Origin: a virus
Virus record (IMG/VR): IMGVR_UViG_3300022602_000037
Reading direction: 5' to 3' (one strand)
Length of the DNA: 64,000 nucleotides
A program made the translations under genes and the position numbers. The notes beneath the pieces were generated by a model, which searched no databases, was not told the origin of the DNA, and worked only from the letters and a program-made list of their open reading frames with translations. Positions within the stretch are counted from its first letter, which is position 1. Each line of letters opens with the position of its first letter. Positions 49,071-58,808 of this stretch are shown here, piece by piece.

Positions 49071-51342
49071 ACCAAGCGATAATTTACAAGCAGTATTTGA
49101 ACAAGCAATAGATACTGCTAAAAAATTACATCATGAATATTTAACAATAGAGCATCTTTTATTTGCCATGTTAAATGACAGCGATTTCACATCTACTGTT
49201 TCTAAATTTGGCGGGAACCCCGACGAACTAAAAAAGGATTTAACAGATTATTTGCAAAATAAATGTGCAGAAATAACTATTACTGATGTTGTAATAAAAC
49301 CTAAAAAAACACAAGCAGTAGAACGTGTGCTCAATAGAGCGTTTACTCAGACATTGTTTAACGGTCGTCAGCGCATCGAACCCACAGATATTTTTATGGC
49401 TATGATGGTGGAAAAACGTAGCTGGGCACAATATTATATTAACAAAGCACAAATTGATAAAGATAAATTTGCCGATTATTTGAATAATAGTGTCGAAGAA
49501 CAGGAAGAAGAAGGACCCGGGGATCAGCAAGGAGAACGTGCATTAAAAGCATTTACTACTGATCTCAATGATATGGTTACCAAGAAAAAGGTTGATCCAG
49601 TTATCGGTCGTGTGGATGAACTTGAAAATATTGCATTAGCTCTCGGCCGACGTAGTAAAAACAATGTAATCCTTGTGGGCGATCCAGGCGTAGGAAAAAC
49701 TGCCATAGCAGAAGGTCTTGCGTTTAATATAGTTAATGGTGCGGTTCCAGATTTCCTTAAGGATTATAAAGTCTACAGTTTAGATATTTCAGCTATGCTG
49801 GCCGGTAGTAAGTATCGCGGTGACTTTGAAGAACGATTCAAGCATGTTATCAAAGCATTGCAAAAGAAAGGCAAAACTGTCTTGTTTATCGATGAAGCAC
49901 ACATGATTTCAGGTGCAGGATCTGCCAGCAACTCTGCTAACGATCTTGCCAACATGATGAAACCTGCGCTGAGTAAAGGTAATATTAAAGTTGTAGCATC
50001 GACTACTTGGGAAGAATATCGTAAACACTTTGAAAAGGATCGTGCGTTAATGCGTCGTTTCCAACGTATTACTGTCGACGAGCCTACTCAAGAAATGACT
50101 TATAGCATATTACAGGGTATTAAAAAGTATTACGAAGGTTTTCATAACGTTAAAATTCGTAATGATGCTATCCATGCGGCCATCAAGTTAAGCGTCAAAT
50201 ATCAAGCAGATAAAAAATTACCAGATAAGGCTATCGATTTGATTGATGTAGCTTGCAGTCGTTTTAATTTGAAACTTGCTGACGAACGTGTTATTGGTGA
50301 ACACGAAATTCAATATGAACTTGCTAAAATGATTCAAATGCCTGAAGAAAAAATTATGGAAACCGAATCAAGCAATCTTGCTAGCCTACAGGATAATTTA
50401 CAATCCGAAGTTTATGGACAAGATATTGCAATTACAGAAATTGTAGATAAGATCATGGTGGCACAAGCTGGCCTTAAATCCGAAAACAAACCAATCGGTA
50501 GTTTTGTATTCATGGGCCCAACTGGCACTGGTAAAACTGAAACAGCTAAATCTTTAGCTAAGAATTTAGGTGTTAAGTTGTTGCGATATGATATGAGTGA
50601 ATATCAAGAAAAGCACAGCATCAGTAAGTTGATTGGTAGTCCTCCAGGTTATGTTGGCTTTGAAGAGAACGCTGGCCTATTGATAACTCAAATTCAAGAA
50701 TCTCCTAATGCTGTTTTATTACTTGATGAAATTGAAAAAGCACATCCCGATGTTATGACTGTGCTATTACAAGTTATGGATAACGGTTTCATCACTGGGT
50801 CAAACGGCAAACAAGCTGATTGTCGTAATTTGATTCTTATCCTAACTACTAATGCTGGTGCTCAAGATGCTGAAAAGAATGCCATTGGGTTTGGCGGACA
50901 AGAAAAAACCTACAGCGATGCCGATTTGAAGAAATTCTTGACTCCTGAATTCCGTAATCGTTTAGATGGTATTGTTACATTTAGCAAACTAACTAAAGAT
51001 ACAATGATTCGTATTGTTATTAAATTTATTGACGAATTACGTGCTCAAGTTAAAGAAAAAGGTATTAAAGTCAAGATAGATAAGGAAAGTACTAATTGGC
51101 TTATTACCAAAGGGTTTGATAGCAAGATGGGTGCTCGTCCGTTACAACGTGTTATTGATAAAGAAATCAAACGTCCGTTGGCAAAACTTATGTTGTTTGG
51201 CGAGCTAAAGAATGGCGGAGTATTATCTATTAACGTTAACAATGATCAATTAGTGTTAGTACCAACTCCTAAAGAAAATAAAATAGCACTACTTACTGTT
51301 GACTCTACTAATGTTATTACAGAAGGCCAGGATGTTTTATAA
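49063..51342 (+). CDS. clpA: ATP-dependent Clp protease ATPase subunit ClpA
   Basis: Clp N-domain; two AAA+ modules (GDPGVGKT, GPTGTGKT); no ClpB middle domain; IGF loop (AIGFG). Confidence 0.93.
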   Translation: MVEPSDNLQAVFEQAIDTAKKLHHEYLTIEHLLFAMLNDSDFTSTVSKFGGNPDELKKDLTDYLQNKCAEITITDVVIKPKKTQAVERVLNRAFTQTLFNGRQRIEPTDIFMAMMVEKRSWAQYYINKAQIDKDKFADYLNNSVEEQEEEGPGDQQGERALKAFTTDLNDMVTKKKVDPVIGRVDELENIALALGRRSKNNVILVGDPGVGKTAIAEGLAFNIVNGAVPDFLKDYKVYSLDISAMLAGSKYRGDFEERFKHVIKALQKKGKTVLFIDEAHMISGAGSASNSANDLANMMKPALSKGNIKVVASTTWEEYRKHFEKDRALMRRFQRITVDEPTQEMTYSILQGIKKYYEGFHNVKIRNDAIHAAIKLSVKYQADKKLPDKAIDLIDVACSRFNLKLADERVIGEHEIQYELAKMIQMPEEKIMETESSNLASLQDNLQSEVYGQDIAITEIVDKIMVAQAGLKSENKPIGSFVFMGPTGTGKTETAKSLAKNLGVKLLRYDMSEYQEKHSISKLIGSPPGYVGFEENAGLLITQIQESPNAVLLLDEIEKAHPDVMTVLLQVMDNGFITGSNGKQADCRNLILILTTNAGAQDAEKNAIGFGGQEKTYSDADLKKFLTPEFRNRLDGIVTFSKLTKDTMIRIVIKFIDELRAQVKEKGIKVKIDKESTNWLITKGFDSKMGARPLQRVIDKEIKRPLAKLMLFGELKNGGVLSINVNNDQLVLVPTPKENKIALLTVDSTNVITEGQDVL

Positions 51343-51955
51343 GACTACAAGACGTTTATTCTTAGGCACATATCAGTACAAAATTGTGCTGACATGTGCT
51401 GGATCGTCTTCTTTTCGTAGCGGAGACATCACTAAAACTCTAGAAGAACTTAAAAAAATTGACTTAAAAAGCCATTCTAAATATCATACTACCGTTATCA
51501 AATCTCAAGAAGATTTAGATTATGCTTTTCAATTAGCCAATACTTTGATGCAATTTGACAAATATGATGTGCGTGTAGAAGCTCCATGGATCAGTTTGTA
51601 TACTAACAGTAAAAATCATATCGATACTCTAGTCAAACTTGATAAAGATAGGGTAAAATACATTAGTCAACCTGATCCTAATTCTTGTCTATCCACCGGT
51701 ACTATCATTATGCCCAAGATGGATTTTGATTATCGCATTACGCTAGGTAAAACAATTCAAGAACATAGTGCCTTTATTTCATGGGCAGATTCAAATAAAA
51801 AGTGTAAATTAACTAAAAGCTGTATTAGAGACTTAGGAAAATCACGCAGTTGGGGCGGTACACACTTTTATATCTCCGGCGATAACAATTTACTGCTGGC
51901 AAAAATGCATCTTGGCGGGTCTATAGCCAAGGTCGAGCGCATAGTTAAAAACTAA
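51332..51955 (+). CDS. hypothetical protein
   Basis: MFYKTTRR..; overlaps the clpA stop. Confidence 0.65.
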   Translation: MFYKTTRRLFLGTYQYKIVLTCAGSSSFRSGDITKTLEELKKIDLKSHSKYHTTVIKSQEDLDYAFQLANTLMQFDKYDVRVEAPWISLYTNSKNHIDTLVKLDKDRVKYISQPDPNSCLSTGTIIMPKMDFDYRITLGKTIQEHSAFISWADSNKKCKLTKSCIRDLGKSRSWGGTHFYISGDNNLLLAKMHLGGSIAKVERIVKN

Positions 51956-51969
51956 AGACTGTTAAAAGC

Positions 51970-51977
51970 GATAAATA
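51970..51977 (+). promoter_or_regulatory. late promoter GATAAATA
   Basis: At the head of the putative internal-protein cluster. Confidence 0.65.
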
Positions 51978-52023
51978 CTCTAACCGCAGAGTTTTCTGCT
52001 GAACTATTAAAACGGGCTTAAAA

Positions 52024-52395
52024 ATGCGCATACATGAACTATTAGAAGGTAAAGATTTCGATGACGAAAAGTTTGTCAAAAAAACCGGTGACAAACGAGA
52101 AATCGATTTTGATTTACCCGACGATCTTATACATTTTATGCATAACGATGACGATGTATATCGACGTCATCTTTATCCTAGTATAGCAGATTGTATTGAT
52201 CGATATAAAGATAAAAAACCCACTCATCTTAAAATTTTCAAACCTGCTGTAGAACGCAGTTATGAAGTATATGTCAAGAAGTTCCCAATAAGAGAATTAT
52301 CTGACAAATTAGATGAAAAAATGCTTGAACGTATCTGTAACAAACTTCATTCTGACACAATTCAAGATATCAAAGATGGTGCTTACAAGGATTAA
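52024..52395 (+). CDS. hypothetical protein, putative capsid-internal
   Basis: N-terminal MRIHELLE tag. Confidence 0.7.
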   Translation: MRIHELLEGKDFDDEKFVKKTGDKREIDFDLPDDLIHFMHNDDDVYRRHLYPSIADCIDRYKDKKPTHLKIFKPAVERSYEVYVKKFPIRELSDKLDEKMLERICNKLHSDTIQDIKDGAYKD

Positions 52396-52397
52396 TT

Positions 52398-53639
52398 GTG
52401 TTATTAAGAGAATTGTTTATCCGTGAAACTACTAAACCTGCTGAAACAAAAAAGAAACAAGTAGGCAGAGCTTTCAATCATCCTGAAGATTTAACTTTTA
52501 TGAATGGAAGTAAAGGTGCAATAACCGCGCTTGAACATATTAAAAAAATTGCCAATGATTCCGGAGCAGTTAGATTAAAATGGGACGGTGCTCCTCAGGT
52601 ATACTGGGGGTGGCATTGGAATGACCAAACTGGGCAACATGAATTTGTAACTGCTAATCACAACGGTTGGTTGCGCGGCGGCGGCGGCACTAGTGATGTA
52701 AGTGAATTCACTAATCAACACGGTATCTATAATTTTATTGCTAATCGCAGTGGCAATGCAAAAACTCCAGAAGAACAACAACAAAGAGAAATATTTGCCA
52801 AAGAATTTAGTTTTTTACATCCTGTATTAGAAAAAGCAACTAAAAGGCCTAAAAAAGGCAAAAGTTTATTTTTCTATGCCGACGGATTATTTTTACAACC
52901 TCCAAGAGTAGATACCAACGGTGTTTATAATCTGCATCCTAATCCAAAAGGCAATACAGTTTATCATATAGCACAAGATACCGAACTAGGACAACGTATA
53001 AGTCGCGCAAGAGCTATGATGGTTGGACACGGAATGTTTACACAGTTTGGTGCGCCAGATGAGGCACAACAGGCCGTAGAAGATTTTAGTCCTTATATAG
53101 ACGATTCAATTACTGATATAATTATTCTTGGACCATATTATACACAAATACAACCACAGGTAGATACCGACGCTATTGATCAAGTTGAACAAAGTATTAA
53201 AGCTCATGGTCACGAAATCGATAGCTTCTTAGCACCAATATCCGGTGTAAGTGGATTTAAGAATATAGTATATCGTTATGTAAACACCATGGCCAAAGAA
53301 GGAAATTTAGCAAACGTAGCAAATAATTTTATGTCGTGGGCACAAACAAATACTAATGTAGTAAGTGCTAATCAATATGAAAAAATTGCAGAGCGTCTAA
53401 AACAATTCCCTGGCGGATTAACTGCTATGTTTAATTTGTTTTCAGATATTATGCAATTAAAAAATCAGATACTTGCACAGTTAGATGCAGATCCTGGAGA
53501 AATAAAAGTAAGTAATCCAGAAGGATGGGTACACTATGACAAAAAAGGTGACGACCATATTAAGCTGGTGCCACGTCATGCTATCGAAACACCTCACGGA
53601 ACAACTATTCCAGCATGGGTGCCTGGGGGCGCAAAATGA
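52398..53639 (+). CDS. RNA/DNA ligase-like nucleotidyltransferase (DUF6267-like)
   Basis: LKWDGAP (motif I), YADGLF (III), PEGWV (IV), IKLVPR (V). Confidence 0.6.
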   Translation: MLLRELFIRETTKPAETKKKQVGRAFNHPEDLTFMNGSKGAITALEHIKKIANDSGAVRLKWDGAPQVYWGWHWNDQTGQHEFVTANHNGWLRGGGGTSDVSEFTNQHGIYNFIANRSGNAKTPEEQQQREIFAKEFSFLHPVLEKATKRPKKGKSLFFYADGLFLQPPRVDTNGVYNLHPNPKGNTVYHIAQDTELGQRISRARAMMVGHGMFTQFGAPDEAQQAVEDFSPYIDDSITDIIILGPYYTQIQPQVDTDAIDQVEQSIKAHGHEIDSFLAPISGVSGFKNIVYRYVNTMAKEGNLANVANNFMSWAQTNTNVVSANQYEKIAERLKQFPGGLTAMFNLFSDIMQLKNQILAQLDADPGEIKVSNPEGWVHYDKKGDDHIKLVPRHAIETPHGTTIPAWVPGGAK

Positions 53640-54694
53640 GATTAAGACAGATATTTGAAACTCAGAATCGTAAAGTTGACGCGGCATTTTGTTTTGGACG
53701 TTTTAATCCAGCACATCAAGGTCATATGAAAGTATGGGAAGCTGTTAAGCATGCTGGACGTCATTGGTATATTGGAACCAATCCAACTACTATAGGGCCT
53801 AACGATCCATTACCTTTTGATATTAAAACAGCATGGATGACCGCTATTGATCCTAGTATTAAGGGTCACGTACTAGGAGAACAAAGTATTGTAACACTTG
53901 CTTCTAAAATTTATCAAGATGTAGGCGAAGGTGCCGTTATAGCCTATGTAACAGATAGTCAAGATTGGGCGTGGAGTGGAAAACTATTACATCAGTATAA
54001 TGGCAAAGAAAGTAATCATGGCTATTACAATTTTTCAAATATAATTCATATAGAAAGTCCTCGTGTAACAAGTGCTACAGAATTACGAAATGCCGCCCGA
54101 TCAGGCAATGAAGATTTATTTTATCAACTGGCCGGAGTTGATCCTAGTTTAACTATTGCTGGAAAAACTTATTTTGAAACTGTAGTAGAGGCATTAGGAC
54201 AACATCCTGAAAAGGTTAAACGTGCCAAGAAAGCAAAAGCTGTAGCAGAAGAATCAAATTCAATTAAATATGCTAATAAGGTAATAAGAGAGATGAGAGC
54301 ACAAGAATTTATGCGCAAGCAACTAGCAGAAGGCGATGTTCCGTATGCTGGTAAGGGTTCTGAAAAATTGCACCATGTTCATATTCAAGCACTTAAAAAT
54401 GCTATGAGTATTCCTAATATTAGCATGAACAAAGCTAATGGAAGTCCATATATGCAATATCGTTTTGGTATTGCATTAGCAAATCCTACACAAACTCCAA
54501 GAGCTGGGGCTATGAGTGGTGATCCTTTAATTACTGCATATACAGAAGAAGAATTAGAAAAAGTAAAACTTACAGCTAAAATGATGGGTGCAGGTTCTAT
54601 TACACATTTAAGCGATGGCCGTAGTAATGAAGCAGAAGGCGGTAACAAAGTTAGCCCTGTAAGAAAACAAAAGAAAAACAAGTACGGTATATAA
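53636..54694 (+). CDS. cytidylyltransferase-like (HxGH) protein fused to a KKNKYGI-family domain
   Basis: FGRFNPAHQGH, NDPLPF, SATELR; internal MRAQEF module. Confidence 0.75.
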   Translation: MRLRQIFETQNRKVDAAFCFGRFNPAHQGHMKVWEAVKHAGRHWYIGTNPTTIGPNDPLPFDIKTAWMTAIDPSIKGHVLGEQSIVTLASKIYQDVGEGAVIAYVTDSQDWAWSGKLLHQYNGKESNHGYYNFSNIIHIESPRVTSATELRNAARSGNEDLFYQLAGVDPSLTIAGKTYFETVVEALGQHPEKVKRAKKAKAVAEESNSIKYANKVIREMRAQEFMRKQLAEGDVPYAGKGSEKLHHVHIQALKNAMSIPNISMNKANGSPYMQYRFGIALANPTQTPRAGAMSGDPLITAYTEEELEKVKLTAKMMGAGSITHLSDGRSNEAEGGNKVSPVRKQKKNKYGI

Positions 54695-55074
54695 TGCGAG
54701 CAAAAGAATTTATCACTGAACATACTGGCAAACATCACGAGCACCATGCGACGGCGGCGCAGGGTACACGCAAGGCAAGAGATCCAGGAGGATTTTATCC
54801 TAGCTATCATCAGATGCGTACAGGTATAGTGCTCGGTATGATGGACGGATCTGGTAAAACACCTAAACCACAACCTCCGCATGAAAGCTGGATGGGACCG
54901 TTTTGGACACAGCATCCTTATACTGAAGTAGAACATAATATGTTTAGAGATGCTCGTAAAATTATTCCTACAGATGATCACGAAGTTTTACCTTGGCATA
55001 AAAGCAAAGAACCAGATGATACGCATAAAGTAAGTCCAGTAGCAGGCAAAAAGAAAAACAAGTACGGTATATAA
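54669..55074 (+). repeat. identical 26-bp direct repeat at gene ends
   Basis: AAAAGAAAAACAAGTACGGTATATAA at 54669-54694 and 55049-55074; degenerate copy at 55581-55603. Confidence 0.85.
54694..55074 (+). CDS. KKNKYGI-family paralog
   Basis: MRAKEFITE ... SPVAGKKKNKYGI. Confidence 0.75.
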   Translation: MRAKEFITEHTGKHHEHHATAAQGTRKARDPGGFYPSYHQMRTGIVLGMMDGSGKTPKPQPPHESWMGPFWTQHPYTEVEHNMFRDARKIIPTDDHEVLPWHKSKEPDDTHKVSPVAGKKKNKYGI

Positions 55075-55075
55075 C

Positions 55076-55603
55076 ATGCGAGCCAAAGAATTTTTATCCG
55101 AACAACACAGAGTAGAAGTTAACCCACGTTCTAAATCTGATGTTAGACAGTTGGGTCAAAAACAGTTATCTAAGGAATATCATCCTAAAAAATTTAAGTA
55201 CGGCGAACGAGGTGTTCCTATAGGCGTTGATCCTCACGATCCGCATAATCAAACTTTAAGCAATACAGAATACGGTAGCAAGCGTGGAGATATGGCTGTA
55301 GAATTCCAAGCTAGTTTGCCAGGAGCATTCAGTGTTGAAAATTTAGCTAGTGATTTCTACGGAGTATACAGATTAGGCATGGGGTTAGCTGCCGGCGATC
55401 GTAATATTGCCGCTGCCGATAATATAGGCAAGCATCCATTTTTTGTGCCTTTTGCTCCTGAAGAGCATGATAAGTTTGACAAAGAAATCAAACGTCAAGG
55501 TCATAAAACTAAATTAAGAACAACTCAACAGAGTTTGGAAATATCAACAGTGAATACAGTAACACCTGTAGCAAAAATTAAAAAGAACAAATACGGTATC
55601 TAA
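55076..55603 (+). CDS. KKNKYGI-family paralog
   Basis: MRAKEFLSE ... TPVAKIKKNKYGI. Confidence 0.75.
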   Translation: MRAKEFLSEQHRVEVNPRSKSDVRQLGQKQLSKEYHPKKFKYGERGVPIGVDPHDPHNQTLSNTEYGSKRGDMAVEFQASLPGAFSVENLASDFYGVYRLGMGLAAGDRNIAAADNIGKHPFFVPFAPEEHDKFDKEIKRQGHKTKLRTTQQSLEISTVNTVTPVAKIKKNKYGI

Positions 55604-56044
55604 ATGGAACACAATAAATATCATCTAGCATTAAAGACAGCATTTGCATCGGAGTTCAGCTTTTATCTTAAAAGTCATAACTTCCATTGGAATGTTGAAG
55701 GACCATTATTTGGTCAACTACATGAATTATTTGAGCGTATCTATACCGAAGTCTATGGTAGTATAGATACATTTGCCGAACATTTACGTGCTTTACAAAT
55801 ATATACACCAGCTAGTTTGCACAAATTCAGTATGCTTACCGCAGTAAGTGATGAAGATAGTGTTCCCCAATGGAGTGAAATGTTACAAGAATTACTAGCA
55901 GACAGCGATAAAATGGCCGAGATATTTCGTATTACATTTGATATGGCCGAACATCATGGAGATCACGGTCTAAGTAACTTCCTAGCAGATCGTCAAGATG
56001 CACATAAAAAGCATAGTTGGATGTTAAGAGCGAGTTTGAAATAA
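55604..56044 (+). CDS. dps: Dps / mini-ferritin
   Basis: HNFHWNVEG..F..LHELFE..Y, D..AE.LR, K..WML. Confidence 0.92.
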   Translation: MEHNKYHLALKTAFASEFSFYLKSHNFHWNVEGPLFGQLHELFERIYTEVYGSIDTFAEHLRALQIYTPASLHKFSMLTAVSDEDSVPQWSEMLQELLADSDKMAEIFRITFDMAEHHGDHGLSNFLADRQDAHKKHSWMLRASLK

Positions 56045-56274
56045 TGGATGAACTAGCACGTCTTAAGAAGTTAGCAGGCATTAATGAGTTTAAGGGCCTA
56101 CAACCTTATGGCGGAAGCAATATCAGTATAACTGGTACAGAGAAAGCAAAGATTATGCGTGAACAAAACATACAACCAGGAACTGAAGAATGGTTTAAGT
56201 TATGGTTTAGCTTACCTAAATTTATGAATGGCGAACGTGCTGTAGGCACTGGATACAGAGGAATTAAAAAATGA
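56044..56274 (+). CDS. hypothetical protein
   Basis: MDELARLKKLAGINE; TAATG overlap with dps. Confidence 0.7.
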   Translation: MDELARLKKLAGINEFKGLQPYGGSNISITGTEKAKIMREQNIQPGTEEWFKLWFSLPKFMNGERAVGTGYRGIKK

Positions 56275-57242
56275 AAATTAATGATCTTTTAACTGAAGAA
56301 GAATACGACTATTACAGAGATTACAAAAACGGACTTATTTCTTATGAAGAGTATCAAGATCTTGTTAAACAGTTCAAAGAAAGAGAACGAGCTCACCACC
56401 ATGCATCTGCTAATCACGACCGCGGTCCTTGGTACATCCGTGTAGATGGTAAAATTTACAAACAAAAAGGTCAAGCCAAAGTATTTGATTGGAAAAAAGG
56501 TGCTAATAATTACGCTCTTGCTATGATTAAAAATAGACCCGATCTAGATGGCAAAATTAAACTTACTAAAAATCCTGTAGACAATCAAGAACAAATAACA
56601 CCTCCTAACACACTAGAAGAAAAATGGAGTCAAAAATACAAGAGTAGTATCAATTGTAGTCACCCTAAAGGTTTCAGTCAACGAGCTCACTGTGCAGGCA
56701 AGAAAAAACATAACGAAAGTATGCAGGTAATAGAAATGACCTGCCCAGATTGCGGTATGTGCGAAGCACACAGTAATATGACACTTCAAGAAATTAAAAA
56801 AGGTCAAAAGGATAGCAATGGGTTTACCAAGTGCTGGCCAGGACATCATGCGGCTGGTACTAAGAAGGGTAAGAACGGAGGCATAGTTCGTAACTGTGTA
56901 CCTAACGAAAATGTGGCGGAAGGCGGTGGAGCTCAACAGGCAGCGATTGCGATTGCTAAGAAAAAATCCGGAAAATATGACAAAGAAGGAAAACGCATTA
57001 AGGAATCGGCCACAGTAGGTGCTACAAGCAGTGCCAATATAGGTACAGTAGTAAGCCCTCATTTAGCTATAGGAAAGAAAAAGGGCAAAAAATCCTATAC
57101 AGGAACACCCGGACATAGTGGAACAACAGCACCTAAACCCCCTAAAATTATCCAGAAAAAGAAAAAAGACGGCACTGCTGTCAACGCATTAGATATGAAA
57201 GGCACCAGTTTATTTGGTGGGCCTAGTATTAAAAGACGCTAA
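56271..57242 (+). CDS. modular putative capsid-internal protein
   Basis: MKINDLLTEE; short Cys-containing and basic modules separated by xxE sites. Confidence 0.7.
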   Translation: MKINDLLTEEEYDYYRDYKNGLISYEEYQDLVKQFKERERAHHHASANHDRGPWYIRVDGKIYKQKGQAKVFDWKKGANNYALAMIKNRPDLDGKIKLTKNPVDNQEQITPPNTLEEKWSQKYKSSINCSHPKGFSQRAHCAGKKKHNESMQVIEMTCPDCGMCEAHSNMTLQEIKKGQKDSNGFTKCWPGHHAAGTKKGKNGGIVRNCVPNENVAEGGGAQQAAIAIAKKKSGKYDKEGKRIKESATVGATSSANIGTVVSPHLAIGKKKGKKSYTGTPGHSGTTAPKPPKIIQKKKKDGTAVNALDMKGTSLFGGPSIKRR

Positions 57243-57268
57243 ATACATAAAGACAACGGAGTATACTC

Positions 57269-58804
57269 ATGCCAGCAGAATTAGACAATCAAGAACCAGA
57301 ATTAGATGCACAATCACCTGAAATGAATGAACCAGAAATGGATCAAGACATGGGTCCAGAACCAATGGACAATGATAATGCAGTTATTGGTTTACACGGT
57401 GACGAGGGTGATCGTGAAGGTGCTATGGCCAAAGCTGATTTATTCAAATTAGCAAACTATTCACACAAATTATATCAACAATTGAACGACGAAGATCAGT
57501 TAGAATCATGGGTTCAAGCAAAGATTACCAAAGCCGCAGACTATATTGCTAGCGTATATCACTATTTAGAATATGAAATGAAGTTCAGTGAGTATGGCCA
57601 TCATTTAGACAACAGCGACACATTAAGCGAAGGACAAAAAATGCGATTAAAAGAAATGTTAGCTGAAGCTAAAGATAAGATGAAAGATTTGAAAAAATCA
57701 CAAGCCGAAAAGATGAAAGAAAAGAAAGTATCAGAAGGTATTATGAGTGGCGGTGAACACGAATGTGCTGAATGTGGCGGAACTGGTGTTGTTTATCATC
57801 CAGGTGTTCAGCCTAGTGAACGTGCAAAAAAATTAGCCGCTAAACACAATCGAGAAACTCGTGCGCATTATGCCGCTCACAAGCGTTTGCAAGCTGAAGA
57901 AGGTGCAGTAGACGAAAACTTTGATGGCGAGCGTGGTGCAGATCAAGATACACCAAGTAAGTTTAACAAACAAAAAACTTCAACTGGTACACGTTATACA
58001 CGTAAGTCTAGTACATTCAGCGATGAGCATGATGGCGGATCTGGTATTAAGAGCCATGCCAAAGCTAAATCAAGCGATGAAAAGAAAGCTGACAAATCAA
58101 ACGATATCAAACTACCTAAGCACAGTGGAAACACATGGGGCATGAAAGGTGGCGAGAAGTTTGGTAAGAAAATGGAAGAAGGTAAGAAAGCTGATAAAGA
58201 TTATGACGGCGACGGCAAAATCGAATCAGGCAAAGATGAATATTTAGGTAGCAAAATCCGTGCCGCTAAGAAAGCTGGCAAACTAAAAGAAGCACAAAAA
58301 TGTAACGAATGTGGTTATATTATGGAAAAGTGCAAATGCGATCAATTAGATGAAGCTAAACCAAGTGCAGGTCTAAGCAAGGCTAAAAAGTCTGCTGTAG
58401 TTAAAGATGCTAAAGCAGGCAAAGACATTGGTAAGCCAGGTAAGAGCTTTGACAAAGTAGCTAAGGCTGCTGGTGGTGGTAAGAAAGGCGAGAAGATTGC
58501 CGCTGCCGCTATGTGGAAGAACATCAAAGAAACTACTGCATATCTAGCTGAAAAGAAAAAGAAAGAAAAAATGACTGATGAGAATTTGACAGTTGTTCCA
58601 AATCCATCAGGTGCTAAGGATGCTGAAGAAGCTAAAAAGTTAGGTGCCGCAATGCCAGCACCAGCAGGTAAAAAAGATCCAATTAGTGAATCAGCACGTT
58701 TACGTGAAATAACAGGTCGTTTATTGCAAAATGAAAAACCAGTAGTTGCTGAATCACGTGAAGTTGATCAAATCCGTGCATTGACAAAACGCCTATTGGG
58801 ATAA
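57269..58804 (+). CDS. charged putative capsid-internal / scaffold-like protein
   Basis: CTAAATA at 57239; WVQAKITKAADYI, CAECGGTG, DxDxDG; many L/V-x-E sites. Confidence 0.7.
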   Translation: MPAELDNQEPELDAQSPEMNEPEMDQDMGPEPMDNDNAVIGLHGDEGDREGAMAKADLFKLANYSHKLYQQLNDEDQLESWVQAKITKAADYIASVYHYLEYEMKFSEYGHHLDNSDTLSEGQKMRLKEMLAEAKDKMKDLKKSQAEKMKEKKVSEGIMSGGEHECAECGGTGVVYHPGVQPSERAKKLAAKHNRETRAHYAAHKRLQAEEGAVDENFDGERGADQDTPSKFNKQKTSTGTRYTRKSSTFSDEHDGGSGIKSHAKAKSSDEKKADKSNDIKLPKHSGNTWGMKGGEKFGKKMEEGKKADKDYDGDGKIESGKDEYLGSKIRAAKKAGKLKEAQKCNECGYIMEKCKCDQLDEAKPSAGLSKAKKSAVVKDAKAGKDIGKPGKSFDKVAKAAGGGKKGEKIAAAAMWKNIKETTAYLAEKKKKEKMTDENLTVVPNPSGAKDAEEAKKLGAAMPAPAGKKDPISESARLREITGRLLQNEKPVVAESREVDQIRALTKRLLG

Positions 58805-58808
58805 TCCA

